A DNA stretch of 64,000 bases from an uncultured Planctomycetota bacterium (GCA_963841915.1 CAWJEN010000006.1:32001-96000), one strand, 5' to 3'. Shown: positions 28,906 to 39,265, counted from the stretch's first letter. The notes: generated by a model not told the origin, from the letters alone. A program made the numbers and translations.

Positions 28906-31008
28906 ATGGCAGACGAATCCAATCAATCTCCAAAGAAGCGCGGGCCTGACAAGTCTCGCGACGGCAAGCAGCCCGAAGGCCAACGCAATGGCAAGCCCGG
29001 TGCAACCGGCACGCCCGGACAACCCAACGGCATGGGCTTTCGTCGTGGCATGGGTGGGCTCGTCATCCTCATCCTCGCCGTCGTGGCGGTCTTGTTCTTC
29101 ATTCTGGAGAGTCAAGCAGTCCGCTATAGCACGGTCGACCTGAGCCTGTTCCAGGCTCAAGTCGATGCCGACAACGTGCAGAAGGTCACGGTCAGCGGCA
29201 ACGAGATTCGCGGCAAGTTCAAAGAAGCCGTCGCCCTTGATGGTGTGCCGGAAGTCCAGAATTTCACCGCCACAATCCCCAATGGCGTCGCTGCCGATTG
29301 GGCGTTCATCAAAGACCTCCTCGGTGGCGGGTACGAGGTCAAGGCAGAGGTGCCCAGCAATTGGGCGCTGTACCTGCTGCCGCTGATCCCATGGATCCTG
29401 TTCATCGCGCTCATCTACTTCTTCTTCATTCGTCCCCTCCGCACGGGCGGCGGAGCGGCGGGCATGCTCGGCAACTTCGGTCGATCCAAGCACCGCATGA
29501 GCCAGAAGGAACAGACGAACGTCACATTCGACGACGTCGCAGGTGTCGAAGAAGCCAAGGACGAAGTTCAGGAAATCGTTGAGTTCCTCCGAAATCCCAA
29601 GAAGTTTCAACGCCTCGGCGGACGCATCCCACGCGGCTGCCTGCTCGTGGGCCCTCCTGGTACCGGCAAGACGCTGCTCGCCAAGGCCATCGCCGGTGAG
29701 GCAGACGTGCCGTTCTTCAGCATCTCGGGTTCCGACTTCGTCGAGATGTTCGTGGGCGTCGGTGCGTCTCGCGTTCGCGACCTGTTCAAGCAGGCCAAGG
29801 AGAACTCGCCGTGCATCATCTTCCTTGACGAAATTGACGCCGTCGGCCGCAAGCGCGGCAGCGGCTTCTCGTCGGGCGGTCACGATGAACGCGAGCAGAC
29901 GCTCAACGCCATCCTCGTCGAGATGGACGGCTTCGACTCGAACGACCAGGTCATCATCATCGCGTCGACGAACCGCGTCGACGTGCTCGACCCGGCCCTG
30001 ACCCGCCCCGGCCGTTTCGACCGTCAGGTGCAGGTGACGCTGCCCGACGTCAAGGGCCGCATGGAGATCCTCAAGGTCCACGCGCGCAAGATCAAGCTGG
30101 GCCCGGACGTCGACCTGTCGCGTATCGCCCGGGCCACGCCCGGCTTCAGCGGTGCGGACCTCGCCGCGTGCATCAACGAGGCGGCGCTCATCGCAACGCT
30201 CGCTGAGAAGGATCACGTCGAGCAGGAAGACCTCGAAGAGGCTCGCGACAAGGTGCGCTTCGGCCGCGCCCGCAAGAGCCGTGTGATCGACGACAAGGAG
30301 AAGAAGGCGACCGCATACCACGAGGCCGGTCATGCGGTCGTGCAGGCGTTGCTTGAGGACGCCGACCCGATCCACAAGGTGACCATCATCCCGCGTGGCC
30401 CGTACGGCGGCGCGACCATGACGCTGCCGGAAAAGGACCGCTACACGACGAGCCGCAGCTGGTGCATCGCCTTCATCAAGGTCTGCTTCGGCGGACGTTT
30501 GGCAGAGGAAATGTTCACCGGCGACGTCAACAGCGGCGTGGCGGGTGATATTCGTCAGGTCACCAGCGTCGCCCGGCACATGGTCACCGAATGGGGCATG
30601 AACGACCGCATCGGCTTCGTCTTCTACGGCGAGGACGACAACCAGATGCAGGCCTTCGACTTCGGCGGGACCAAGGCGTATTCCGAGGAAACGCAGCGAA
30701 TCATCGACGAAGAGGTCAAGAAGCTCATCGATGGCCTGTTCAGCGAAACGCAGCAACTGCTGGCTGACAACCGGGACAAGGTCGATGAAGTTGCCCGGGC
30801 GCTCATCAAGCACGAGACGCTCGACGCAACCGACATCGATCGCATCATGCGTGGCGAGCGGGTGACGAAGCCGACCGTCAGCGACCTGCTCGAGCAGGAG
30901 CGTGGCAAGACGCCCGACGAGGCGAAGCGTGGCACCGTCATCGCCCCCGGGCAGGACGGCGACCCGGACGTCAAGGTCGGTGCCGGCCCGCTGCCTACCC
31001 CCGGCTGA
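28906..31008 (+). CDS. ftsH: ATP-dependent zinc metalloprotease FtsH
   Basis: Two TM segments; [21 protein letters not shown] and HEAGH. Confidence 0.98.
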   Translation: MADESNQSPKKRGPDKSRDGKQPEGQRNGKPGATGTPGQPNGMGFRRGMGGLVILILAVVAVLFFILESQAVRYSTVDLSLFQAQVDADNVQKVTVSGNEIRGKFKEAVALDGVPEVQNFTATIPNGVAADWAFIKDLLGGGYEVKAEVPSNWALYLLPLIPWILFIALIYFFFIRPLRTGGGAAGMLGNFGRSKHRMSQKEQTNVTFDDVAGVEEAKDEVQEIVEFLRNPKKFQRLGGRIPRGCLLVGPPGTGKTLLAKAIAGEADVPFFSISGSDFVEMFVGVGASRVRDLFKQAKENSPCIIFLDEIDAVGRKRGSGFSSGGHDEREQTLNAILVEMDGFDSNDQVIIIASTNRVDVLDPALTRPGRFDRQVQVTLPDVKGRMEILKVHARKIKLGPDVDLSRIARATPGFSGADLAACINEAALIATLAEKDHVEQEDLEEARDKVRFGRARKSRVIDDKEKKATAYHEAGHAVVQALLEDADPIHKVTIIPRGPYGGATMTLPEKDRYTTSRSWCIAFIKVCFGGRLAEEMFTGDVNSGVAGDIRQVTSVARHMVTEWGMNDRIGFVFYGEDDNQMQAFDFGGTKAYSEETQRIIDEEVKKLIDGLFSETQQLLADNRDKVDEVARALIKHETLDATDIDRIMRGERVTKPTVSDLLEQERGKTPDEAKRGTVIAPGQDGDPDVKVGAGPLPTPG

Positions 31009-31021
31009 GCTCGGCTAGCGA

Positions 31022-31489
31022 ATGTTCCACGTGGAACCGCCTACACGAAGCCGTACGACAGACACCGTCGCCGCTGCCCTTCTAGCAGCGGCGAATGTCA
31101 TGGCGGCGGCGGCGTTGTACGGTGCCGCCCTTGTGCTTCGGCCGGAGCAAGCAATGTTCGCCGATCAGGCGACGCGACTGCTGGCCGTGTCGTGGCTTCC
31201 GCTGGGACTGGCGGCGATGCTTCTGATTGCAGGATCGCTGCTGCCGCTCGCGTGGCGTCGTCCGCTGGTTGTTCTGGCCGCGTTGAGCGTTGGCTTGGCA
31301 ATGTCTCACGCCGCCCGCCACGGGTTGGCGGCAAGCGATGGTCACGTCGCCGGCTTGTGGTGGATTGCGACGTGCGGCCTGCTCGTGCAGTGCCCGATCG
31401 CCTTGTTCGCCCGCGGCCGATGGGTCGGGCTCGTCGTCGCTGCCCTGCTCGGTCTGCTGCTGGCGTCGCTTTGGCTTTTCGGCAGCTGA
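31022..31489 (+). CDS. Hypothetical polytopic membrane protein (start uncertain)
   Basis: About five hydrophobic segments; the listed ATG lies in parS, so the true start may be downstream. Confidence 0.55.
   Translation: MFHVEPPTRSRTTDTVAAALLAAANVMAAAALYGAALVLRPEQAMFADQATRLLAVSWLPLGLAAMLLIAGSLLPLAWRRPLVVLAALSVGLAMSHAARHGLAASDGHVAGLWWIATCGLLVQCPIALFARGRWVGLVVAALLGLLLASLWLFGS
31023..31038. promoter_or_regulatory. parS centromere site (1 mismatch)
   Basis: TGTTCCACGTGGAACC. Confidence 0.8.
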
Positions 31490-31561
31490 CGGTCCGCGCA
31501 GCCGAGCGGCACGACGTCCTCAAGAGGACCCGTGCCACTGAACCGTATCGATCAGATGCAG

Positions 31562-31632
31562 TTGGCCCTCAGGGATTCGAACCCCGACTAACTGGACCAG
31601 AACCAGCCGTGCTACCGTTACACCAAGGGCCA
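31562..31632 (-). tRNA. tRNA-Gln(CTG)
   Basis: TGGCCCT/AGGGCCA acceptor stem, GCTGG-TTCTGGT-CCAGT anticodon arm, GTTCGAATC T-loop. Confidence 0.95.
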
Positions 31633-31687
31633 GGCGTGCGGCGGAGGGCAGTGTAGTCGCCTCCACAGGTCGCCGTCGACTCGTGAT

Positions 31688-32578
31688 CTACTTGTCTTCC
31701 AGACGCTTCAAGAAACCTTCGACCTGCGACGCCATCCCGTCGGCGGCCTGCGGATACGTCGGTTTTGTGCTACGCATCGCGCCCAGCGTGATGCCGGTGA
31801 TGAGGTAGTCCCGCAGCCATTTGTTGTCGGCTGGAATGGCGTACCACGGAGCCGCAGCAGTGCTTGTCGCAGCAAGTGCGTCACGAAAAGCTTCCTGGTA
31901 CTCGTCCCATCGGTCCCGCTCGTCCAGGTCGGCCTCGCTGAACTTCCACCACTTCTCGTCCCGCTCAAGGCGATCGCGAAAGCGTTTGGCCTGCTCGTCT
32001 TTCGAGAGGTGCAGAAAGAACTTGAGCACGACGGCCCCTTCGCTGGCCAGCAACTGCTCGAAGGCGTTGATCTGTCCGTACCGGCGCCGCCAGGTGGCCT
32101 CGGGCACGATCTGCTTGACACGCTCGACGAGCACCGCTTCGTAGTGGCTGCGGTTGTGGATCGCAGTCATGCCGTTGGCCGGGCACTTGTCGTGGTGCCG
32201 CCAGAGAAAGTCATGACGTTTCTCCAGTTCCGTGGGCTGTTTGAAGCTCCAGACACGAACGCCCTGCGGGTTGAGCCCGCCGAAACACCGGCGGACGGTC
32301 GAGTCTTTGCCACCGGCGTCGATGGCCTGCAGCACGATGAGCATCGAGCGTGAACCGTCGGCATAGAAGGCATCCTGAAGCTCCTGTAGCGCTGCCACGT
32401 GAACGTCTGTAGCGTCCTTGGCGTCGTCCTTATCGACGTCGAGTAACTTGGCACCGGTCGGCAGCTTGTCGAGCTTGAATGACGATGCCGACGCGTCGCC
32501 CGGCACCTTGGCCTGCGGAACGCGGAACGTCTCAGCGAGTTTCAGCACGTCTTTAAGGTCAGCAGATGCGTCGGCCAT
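31688..32578 (-). CDS. ppk2: Polyphosphate kinase 2 family protein
   Basis: QAIDAGGKD, SFKQPT, HDFLWR, NRSHYE, WKFSEAD and APWYAIPADNKW. Confidence 0.93.
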   Translation of the reverse strand: MADASADLKDVLKLAETFRVPQAKVPGDASASSFKLDKLPTGAKLLDVDKDDAKDATDVHVAALQELQDAFYADGSRSMLIVLQAIDAGGKDSTVRRCFGGLNPQGVRVWSFKQPTELEKRHDFLWRHHDKCPANGMTAIHNRSHYEAVLVERVKQIVPEATWRRRYGQINAFEQLLASEGAVVLKFFLHLSKDEQAKRFRDRLERDEKWWKFSEADLDERDRWDEYQEAFRDALAATSTAAAPWYAIPADNKWLRDYLITGITLGAMRSTKPTYPQAADGMASQVEGFLKRLEDK

Positions 32579-32603
32579 AGAGCTCACGCTACGGTGCCGG
32601 CTT

Positions 32604-33143
32604 ATGAAGCTGTACACGAAGACCGGTGACGACGGCACGACAGGGCTCATCGGTGGCAGACGCGTCGACAAGTTCGACCTGCGGATCGAGGCCTACGGCA
32701 CGGTCGACGAACTCAACGCAGTTCTCGGTGTGGCCGCGGTTGCGGGCGAGGGCTGGCTGGTCGACCTGCTTGGCGAGGTGCAGAGCGATCTATTTGCGAT
32801 CGGCAGTCATCTCGCCGCCGCTGACGGCGAGACGGCAAATCTGAAGCTACCAGCCGTGCCTGATCCCGCGCCGTTGGAGCACCAGATCGATGCAGCCGAG
32901 ACCGAGTTGGAGCCGCTGACGAGCTTCATTTTGCCGGGCGGTTCCGAGGCGGCCGCCCGGCTGCACCTGGCCCGCTGCGTCTGCCGCCGTGCCGAGCGGC
33001 TGGTGACCGAGCTGTCGAAGCGGGAGCCGGTGGCAAAGCCGATACTCGTGTACCTCAACCGGTTGAGCGATTGGCTGTTCGTGCAGGCCCGAGTGGCGAA
33101 CTCCCGGACCAACGTGCCCGACCTCCCGTGGACGACGGCGTGA
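32604..33143 (+). CDS. pduO: PduO-type cob(I)alamin adenosyltransferase
   Basis: LYTKTGDDGTT, YGTVDELN, FILPGG, RRAER and YLNRLSD. Confidence 0.93.
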   Translation: MKLYTKTGDDGTTGLIGGRRVDKFDLRIEAYGTVDELNAVLGVAAVAGEGWLVDLLGEVQSDLFAIGSHLAAADGETANLKLPAVPDPAPLEHQIDAAETELEPLTSFILPGGSEAAARLHLARCVCRRAERLVTELSKREPVAKPILVYLNRLSDWLFVQARVANSRTNVPDLPWTTA

Positions 33144-33420
33144 CAGGTCCGGCACACCGCACCAAATTCCCCCAGCTTCGCAAATTGGGGAACGTCGGTG
33201 CGATTCTTGGGAAAAATTTCAACGTTGCTACTTGCAGAAGCAGCACCACTTGCTACTTTGGCGGAACCAATCGGTGATGCCGCTGACCACGGCACCGGGA
33301 GAGACGAGAGAAATCAGTACAACATCCGGTGCTCGTTGTTCAGCATTTTTTCCGCAGCGTAGATGCTGCAGATGTGGTGAGCGTTGTTCGCTAGCCCGTC
33401 ACGATTCTGGAGAGACATTC

Positions 33421-34332
33421 ATGACCCGTAACTTCTTTGCCGCCACCGCGGCTGTCGCACTTCTGGCCGTCCCGGCTTTCGGCTTCGACTACGACGAGGC
33501 CATCCTCGGCGACTTGTCCGACGACGAGCTGATCCCGACCTTCATCCCGTTCACGTTCGGCAGCAACTCGGTCACCGGCACCATCGGTGGCCCTGCAGCA
33601 ACGAGTCCGCCTGACGACTTCTTCGACGCCTTCAGCTTCACGCTGGCCGCCGGTGAGTCTCTGACGAGCGTTTTCGTCGATAGCTATGTCGCCTCAGGCG
33701 GCAACACGACGTCTGGTTTCAACATCTACTCGGGCCTGAACGCGGACACCTTCATCGACAGCCCGCTGTTTGGCCCAGCTGACGTTGGCACGGACATCTT
33801 GCCCGGTGCACTTGCACCAGGTGATTACACGGTCGGCATCCGTGAAGGCACGCCCGGTCAGGCATACAGCCTGTCGCTGAACATCGGCCTGTTCGTCCCT
33901 CCGCCACCGCCACCGGCCACGTCGGTAGTTCTTGACCCAGCAGGCAGCGTCATGGGCAGCCTCGGTGCCGGTGAGGTGCTGTTCTACGAGTTCGATTTTG
34001 ACGGAACAACGGGCACCGTCGACTCGTTCGGCACAAGCTTCGACACCGAGTTGGGCCTTTACAACGCCAGCGGCGTTCTCGTTGACAGTAACGATGACAC
34101 GGCTCCGGGTCTGCAGAGCCAGATCGTGCTCGACGGTCTCGCTGCGGGGACGTACTACCTCGCTTTCGGGGGGTTCAACACGACCTTTGGTGCCGCCGAC
34201 TTTGCGGCCACGTCGGCGTCGACCACCAACTTCGGTGACTTCGTCATCAACGGCATCGCCGTTCCCGAGCCGACGAGCCTCGCGCTCCTCGGCATGGGTG
34301 GCCTGGCCATGTTGCGTCGCCGTCGCGCCTGA
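33421..34332 (+). CDS. PEP-CTERM surface protein with a PPC/DVUA0089-like domain
   Basis: GGAG RBS; signal peptide; FDTELGLY...NDD...LAAGTYYL; VPEPTSLALLGMGGLAMLRRRRA. Confidence 0.88.
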   Translation: MTRNFFAATAAVALLAVPAFGFDYDEAILGDLSDDELIPTFIPFTFGSNSVTGTIGGPAATSPPDDFFDAFSFTLAAGESLTSVFVDSYVASGGNTTSGFNIYSGLNADTFIDSPLFGPADVGTDILPGALAPGDYTVGIREGTPGQAYSLSLNIGLFVPPPPPPATSVVLDPAGSVMGSLGAGEVLFYEFDFDGTTGTVDSFGTSFDTELGLYNASGVLVDSNDDTAPGLQSQIVLDGLAAGTYYLAFGGFNTTFGAADFAATSASTTNFGDFVINGIAVPEPTSLALLGMGGLAMLRRRRA

Positions 34333-34362
34333 GCGACTTCGAGGTTGCACCTTCAGTCAGTC

Positions 34363-34400
34363 GGCCGCCCCGCGAGCAATCGCGGGGCGGCCTTCGTTTT
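34363..34400 (+). terminator. Intrinsic terminator
   Basis: GGCCGCCCCGCGA/TCGCGGGGCGGCC followed by TTCGTTTT. Confidence 0.8.
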
Positions 34401-34425
34401 ATTCGTCGCGTAACTTCTCTTCGAC

Positions 34426-35514
34426 GTGACGGCGGTGACGAAACAACTTCTTCGGCCCTTGCTCCGCCGACACCAGTGCGTGCGCACCCGCGTCGACCGC
34501 GAGAGCCAGGCGGCGATGGTGCTGCTGTCGGCGGTCTTCATCGTCGTCATGACGCTCGCGTTGCCGCACAGTTTTACGACGCTTGAGGGAGCGTCCGGAG
34601 CCGCGGCCGTGGTCGATCAGCTTGACACGGCAACAGAGGTGACGCATTCGCCGGGACCGTTGGAGCGGTCACAGCGCCTTTCCATTGCAGCTCGGCTGAC
34701 GTTGGTGGCATTGGCGCTGCCGTTCTGGTTGGAGGTGCTGTTGCGGCTGGTGTGGGTCGAACGCGGGCCGTCGACGTGCGGCGTGGAGCGGGCGTCCTTC
34801 AAGCGGGTGGCTCATCTAATAGCAGTTGCACTCGTGCCGCCGCTTCGACCGACGCTCGCGCCGGCATCCATGCCTGCTTGGAACTGGCTGCCGGGTCTGG
34901 GCTGGCGGCGGACGACACGGGAGCTGGCCCGGCACGTTCAGCGGGCGCTGGGCAAGCCGATGCTGCTGATCGCGCTGCTCATCTTGCCGGTGCTCGTCGT
35001 TCAGCTCTTGCTCGATGACGCGATCAAGGAGTACGAAGGCCTTGCGCTGGGCCTCGATATTGCGATCCGGCTCATCTGGCTGGCATTTACGGTTGAGTTT
35101 CTGCTTGTGCTGAGCGTATCGCCGCGAAAGCTGGAGTACGCGGTGACGCATTGGGTCGATCTCGTGATCATTCTGCTGCCGTTCGTCGCCTTCGCCCGGA
35201 CGCTGCGACTGGTGCGGGCCGGACAGCTGTTGCGGGCCGGTCAGATGACGAAGCTCGCCAGCACGTATCGGCTTCGCGGCCTTGCGGTCAAGACGATGCA
35301 GGCGGTGCTGATGCTCCGTGTGCTGGAGAATGTCAGCGGTGTGATGGCCAAGCGACGTATCGAAAAGATCGGCGAGACCATCGCCAGGCGTCGCGAGGAG
35401 ATTCACGACCTGCAGGCCGAGCGACGCGAGCTTCGGGCGGACCTGGCCAAACGGCTGTGGCAGCGTCGCCGAAAGCGACAACGGGTGAGGCAAAAGCAGG
35501 GAACAGCGGCTTGA
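34426..35514 (+). CDS. Membrane protein with a voltage-sensor-like (S1-S4) domain, no pore domain, C-terminal coiled coil
   Basis: FTVEF (S2), WVDL (S3), RTLRLVRAGQLLR (S4); no GYG filter. Confidence 0.75.
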   Translation: MTAVTKQLLRPLLRRHQCVRTRVDRESQAAMVLLSAVFIVVMTLALPHSFTTLEGASGAAAVVDQLDTATEVTHSPGPLERSQRLSIAARLTLVALALPFWLEVLLRLVWVERGPSTCGVERASFKRVAHLIAVALVPPLRPTLAPASMPAWNWLPGLGWRRTTRELARHVQRALGKPMLLIALLILPVLVVQLLLDDAIKEYEGLALGLDIAIRLIWLAFTVEFLLVLSVSPRKLEYAVTHWVDLVIILLPFVAFARTLRLVRAGQLLRAGQMTKLASTYRLRGLAVKTMQAVLMLRVLENVSGVMAKRRIEKIGETIARRREEIHDLQAERRELRADLAKRLWQRRRKRQRVRQKQGTAA

Positions 35515-35547
35515 ACCCATAGTGGTTCAGCGGGTAAAACCTCTGAC

Positions 35548-37908
35548 ATGCGTCGTCTGCTCAGCCTGGTCACCGCTGTCGTAACGGGTTTTGCGGGAAC
35601 CCACTGTCTTGCCGCTGATGCTGAATCCGTCGACACGGCCATCGCAAAAGCAGTGGGCAACATCTACAGCCAGCAGAATGAGGGCCAGCCACACTGGGAG
35701 TGGGCAACGCCGACTCCTTATCCCGAAGGCGAAGTTAAAGTCGAGTTCGACGTCCACCGCGAAGGCCAATGGGGCGGCAGAACGGCTTTGGCTTTGTACG
35801 CCTTGCTGGCCGCGGGTGAGCAGCCCACGGACCCGAGGCTCGCTCCGTCGATCGACTGGTTGCTCCAACAGGATGTCCGCGGCACCTACGCGTGCGGCAC
35901 GAGGCTGCTGGCGTGCACGTACCTGCCGCTGAACGACGAAGTTAAAGATGCTGTTCGGCGAGACGCGACCACACTACTGAACGGCGTGATCACACGTGGG
36001 CTGGCGTCGGGGCATTGGGACTACGTCAACGGCTGGATCCGACCTGACGGCGACACGTTCCGCTACAGCCACAGCCGAAGCCAGTACGGCTTGCTCGGCC
36101 TCGACGCGGCGGCGCGGATGGGGTATGACATTCCGATGCCCGTGTGGCAAGGAACCGACGCGGGTTGGCGACGTAACCAGCGGTCCGATGCCGGCTGGGG
36201 GTACCAGCACCCCAATAGCTACAAGCCGGAACCGACCACGCCCGGCATGACGGCTGCCGGCGTTGCCAGCTTGTTTCTCACGCAGCGACACTTACTTGGA
36301 GAACCGGCCACGCGAGGCAATGTGATCGATCAAAATCTCGCTGGTGGTTTGGCATTTCTGGCTATCAATGATGATAAGTGGGCGACCGACGAGACGTACG
36401 ACCGCGACTTTCCGATGGCCACCATCTACGCCGTCGAGCGTGTCGGCGTTGCCAGTGGCCTCCGCTCCATCGGCGGCGAGGACTGGTACGACAAGGGCGT
36501 CGACTGGTTGCTGGCGAGCCAACTCTCCACCGGCTCGTGGAAAAGTGACGCCAGCGAGTCCGGCAGCCTCGGCAGTACGTGCTTCGGGCTGCTGTTTCTG
36601 GCACGTGGGTCGTCGCCGGTCGTCGTGCAGAAACTAGCCCACGGCGATATGGAGGCGGGGATGCAGGCCGCGAAGCAGCTCTACCGGCAGATGGGCGCAC
36701 CCGCCGTAGAGCCGGACGCCGATTTGGCCGCCTTGCTCGCAGGTGATTGGCATCAACGGCCGCTCGACGTCAGCGGTCTCGTCGACTTCCTCGGCCGCGC
36801 AAATGAACAGGAGTTGCACTGGCAGATCGTGACCGCTGATCGGCCGTTGCAGGACTGGCTGAATTCGCCCATGTTGACGCTGGCCGGTTCACGACCTTTA
36901 CGACTCGGCGACACCACCAAGGCGAAGCTTCGCGACTACGTGCGCAACGGCGGCCTCGTCTACTTCAACGCCGACGGGGGTTCCAGAGCGTTTGCCCAGA
37001 GCGTGCGTCAACTCGGAACCGAGCTGTTTCCCGATCAGCAGTGGCAAGTCGTCTCGGACGACAGCCCGATCGTCCGCGGCCGCTTTAACGCGACCGCGGT
37101 CGGTGGAAACGTGCCGAATCTCCTGCAAATCGGAAACGGCGTGCGGCCTTTCTTCGTCTTGGCCGACAAAGCCGACCTCGCTGCTGCGTGGCAAAGACAG
37201 CAAACCGACGATGACAAACCCACCGACACAGTCGCCCTGCAGATCGGAGCAAACCTTCTGGCAGGCACTCTCGATCCCGACAGTCTGCCGCGCAAAGGCA
37301 GCCGCGTGCAGCTGACGGCAGATGATGCGGAAATCTCAGCCATCGCCAAGGTCGGAATTGTTCGCACGGTCGAGCCGGATGCCTGGCGTCGGGTCGCCGT
37401 CACGGCTGCGCTCGAAGACGGGTACGGAATCGAACTTGCCGACGCGTCACTAACCGATACCGACCTGCAGAATTACGACCTGATCGTCTTGGCCGGCGTC
37501 GGACCGCTCGAGCTGTCGCCTCAGGAGCAAGCGGCTCTAACAGCCTACATCGACAACGGCGGCACCCTGCTGCTCGAAGCTACCGGAGGCGATTCCGCAT
37601 TCGCGACGGCAGCGGATGCCTACCTTGCCGAAGCCTTCGGTTCAACAGAACCGTTATCGAAGGATCACCCGCTGCTGGGCGAACCATTCGACGTTTCATG
37701 GAAGCTCGAAGCCAAAAAGAAGTTGGGCGGCTCAGCCGTTGGCGTGCGGCTGCGCGGCGTCGAGCGGGACGGGCGAGTGATCGTGGTCTTCTCGCCCGAC
37801 GATTTATCTGCCGCGGCGGCGGGCAGTCGTTGGCCGATGGTTGGGTACGACCCGGCATCAGCTCGACGGTTGATGGTCCGGATTGCCGCGTACGCCGCCC
37901 GTGACTGA
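35548..37908 (+). CDS. Exported protein with prenyltransferase-like helical repeats and two DUF4159-like domains
   Basis: QRSDAGWGY and QLSTGSW repeats; LRDYVRNGG and LTAYIDNGGTLL motifs. Confidence 0.8.
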   Translation: MRRLLSLVTAVVTGFAGTHCLAADAESVDTAIAKAVGNIYSQQNEGQPHWEWATPTPYPEGEVKVEFDVHREGQWGGRTALALYALLAAGEQPTDPRLAPSIDWLLQQDVRGTYACGTRLLACTYLPLNDEVKDAVRRDATTLLNGVITRGLASGHWDYVNGWIRPDGDTFRYSHSRSQYGLLGLDAAARMGYDIPMPVWQGTDAGWRRNQRSDAGWGYQHPNSYKPEPTTPGMTAAGVASLFLTQRHLLGEPATRGNVIDQNLAGGLAFLAINDDKWATDETYDRDFPMATIYAVERVGVASGLRSIGGEDWYDKGVDWLLASQLSTGSWKSDASESGSLGSTCFGLLFLARGSSPVVVQKLAHGDMEAGMQAAKQLYRQMGAPAVEPDADLAALLAGDWHQRPLDVSGLVDFLGRANEQELHWQIVTADRPLQDWLNSPMLTLAGSRPLRLGDTTKAKLRDYVRNGGLVYFNADGGSRAFAQSVRQLGTELFPDQQWQVVSDDSPIVRGRFNATAVGGNVPNLLQIGNGVRPFFVLADKADLAAAWQRQQTDDDKPTDTVALQIGANLLAGTLDPDSLPRKGSRVQLTADDAEISAIAKVGIVRTVEPDAWRRVAVTAALEDGYGIELADASLTDTDLQNYDLIVLAGVGPLELSPQEQAALTAYIDNGGTLLLEATGGDSAFATAADAYLAEAFGSTEPLSKDHPLLGEPFDVSWKLEAKKKLGGSAVGVRLRGVERDGRVIVVFSPDDLSAAAAGSRWPMVGYDPASARRLMVRIAAYAARD

Positions 37909-37952
37909 CGTTAAGGTCGCCCTAGCGACGATGTTTCGGTACAGTGCCGCTC

Positions 37953-38675
37953 GTGAACCCGCTCCGTTTATTTGCTGTTGCCGCCGCCGCTGTGGTTGGC
38001 AGCTTGCCGATCGGCGGCTGCAACGTCGCCGGCTTTGCCGCCCAGGCACTTCCGCCACCGACCGTCGAGGCCGCGTATCAGGACCTTGCCGGACAGTCCG
38101 TCGCCATTGTGCTGTGGGCATCGCCTGAAATTGACGTCGATTACCCGGCTCTGACGCGGCAAATCGGCAGGCGACTCGAGGATTACCTCAAGGGCGCTCG
38201 TGACTCGGGCAACCGGACGACCCGCGAAAGCCTGGCCGGCATGACCTTCCCGCTGCCGAGCGATTCGTTCGTGAAGGCATTCCGCAACGATCCGTCGCTT
38301 GCCTCTGCCACGCCTAAGGAGATTGCTTCGTTGGCTGGTGCGGATCGCGTCGTCTACATTGAGCTCAATAGCTTCACGACCGGCGGCGGTGCAGCGGCCG
38401 GCCTTGTTCGTGGGCTGGCGCAGGCGAATCTGGCGGTTTATGAAGTCGCCGATCCTATTACGACGGAGGCTGAAGCCAGCCTTGCCGCCAAGCGTGGTCA
38501 AAGCGGATCAGTCGTCGAGGGCTATCGCGAGGACGGCATCACCTTCGTCTACCCGCCCAAGGGTCCGGCCGAGGGCAGCAACCGCCTGACGCCCGAAGCG
38601 GCCTACAGCGGCTTGACCTTGGCCATCGCCGACGGCATCGCCCAGCGGCTTGTCGAGCACCGCCAAGAACAGTGA
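37953..38675 (+). CDS. Putative lipoprotein
   Basis: IGGC lipobox-like; GTG start 7 nt after TACAGT. Confidence 0.75.
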   Translation: MNPLRLFAVAAAAVVGSLPIGGCNVAGFAAQALPPPTVEAAYQDLAGQSVAIVLWASPEIDVDYPALTRQIGRRLEDYLKGARDSGNRTTRESLAGMTFPLPSDSFVKAFRNDPSLASATPKEIASLAGADRVVYIELNSFTTGGGAAAGLVRGLAQANLAVYEVADPITTEAEASLAAKRGQSGSVVEGYREDGITFVYPPKGPAEGSNRLTPEAAYSGLTLAIADGIAQRLVEHRQEQ

Positions 38676-39235
38676 TGACCCCTCGCTGCACAATGCTTTG
38701 CCTCCTTGGCCTCACCACCGCTGGCATGGCGGGCGGGTGCGCGTTGCTCACCACGCCTGTTGCAGCAGTGACCAAAGCCGGGCTTGGCCCGAAGATACCG
38801 CCGGCGTATGACCTTCAGAAGCAGCCGACGTGGGTACGCGTCACTGCTGATGAGCGGGTGGTCGGCACCGATGTCGTCTTAGCCTCCGATCCGGTTGCGG
38901 TCGAAGCTCGCCGAGCCTTCGAGGCCAGTCGAGAGACCGTCGCCGCTGACGTTGCCTCGCGTGCCAAGCGACTGGTGGTCGTCGATCTCGGGGTGCCCGA
39001 CGATCACGAGAGCATCTTGGGCTCGCCGTTCACGAAGCTGACGGCTGTCGCGCGGGTACGCGTGTATGACGATCTGGGCGTCGAACTCTGGCCGGCCGAC
39101 GGCACGCGTGGCAAGCTCGTCCAGGCGCGGCTGTCCGATGACGCCCGCGGAACACAGGCCGAATTACAGAGGCAGGTGCACCGAGAGCTCGGCCGATCCG
39201 TTGCCGCATTGTTCGTCAGTCACCGCGACGGCTAA
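38675..39235 (+). CDS. Putative lipoprotein
   Basis: AGGC lipobox-like; coupled to the upstream stop (TGATG). Confidence 0.7.
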   Translation: MTPRCTMLCLLGLTTAGMAGGCALLTTPVAAVTKAGLGPKIPPAYDLQKQPTWVRVTADERVVGTDVVLASDPVAVEARRAFEASRETVAADVASRAKRLVVVDLGVPDDHESILGSPFTKLTAVARVRVYDDLGVELWPADGTRGKLVQARLSDDARGTQAELQRQVHRELGRSVAALFVSHRDG

Positions 39236-39241
39236 TACGAG

Positions 39242-39265
39242 AGCGGCTCCCGCGTGGGAGCCGCT
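39242..39265. terminator. Hairpin between convergent genes
   Basis: AGCGGCTCCC/GGGAGCCGCT. Confidence 0.65.

Noticed and set aside
20297..30813. Long antisense ORFs (20297..22162, 26494..28038, 28597..30813; also 15933..17498, 49883..51184, 58691..60505)
   Set aside because: Shadow ORFs of real genes in high-GC DNA, with no recognisable motifs.
31022..31039. MFHVEP as a genuine protein N-terminus
   Set aside because: It is the translation of the parS palindrome, so the ATG may be incidental.
15393..31632. tRNA-anchored genomic island at tRNA-Leu or tRNA-Gln
   Set aside because: No duplicated tRNA 3' end or integrase was seen, and the flanking genes are housekeeping with host-like composition.
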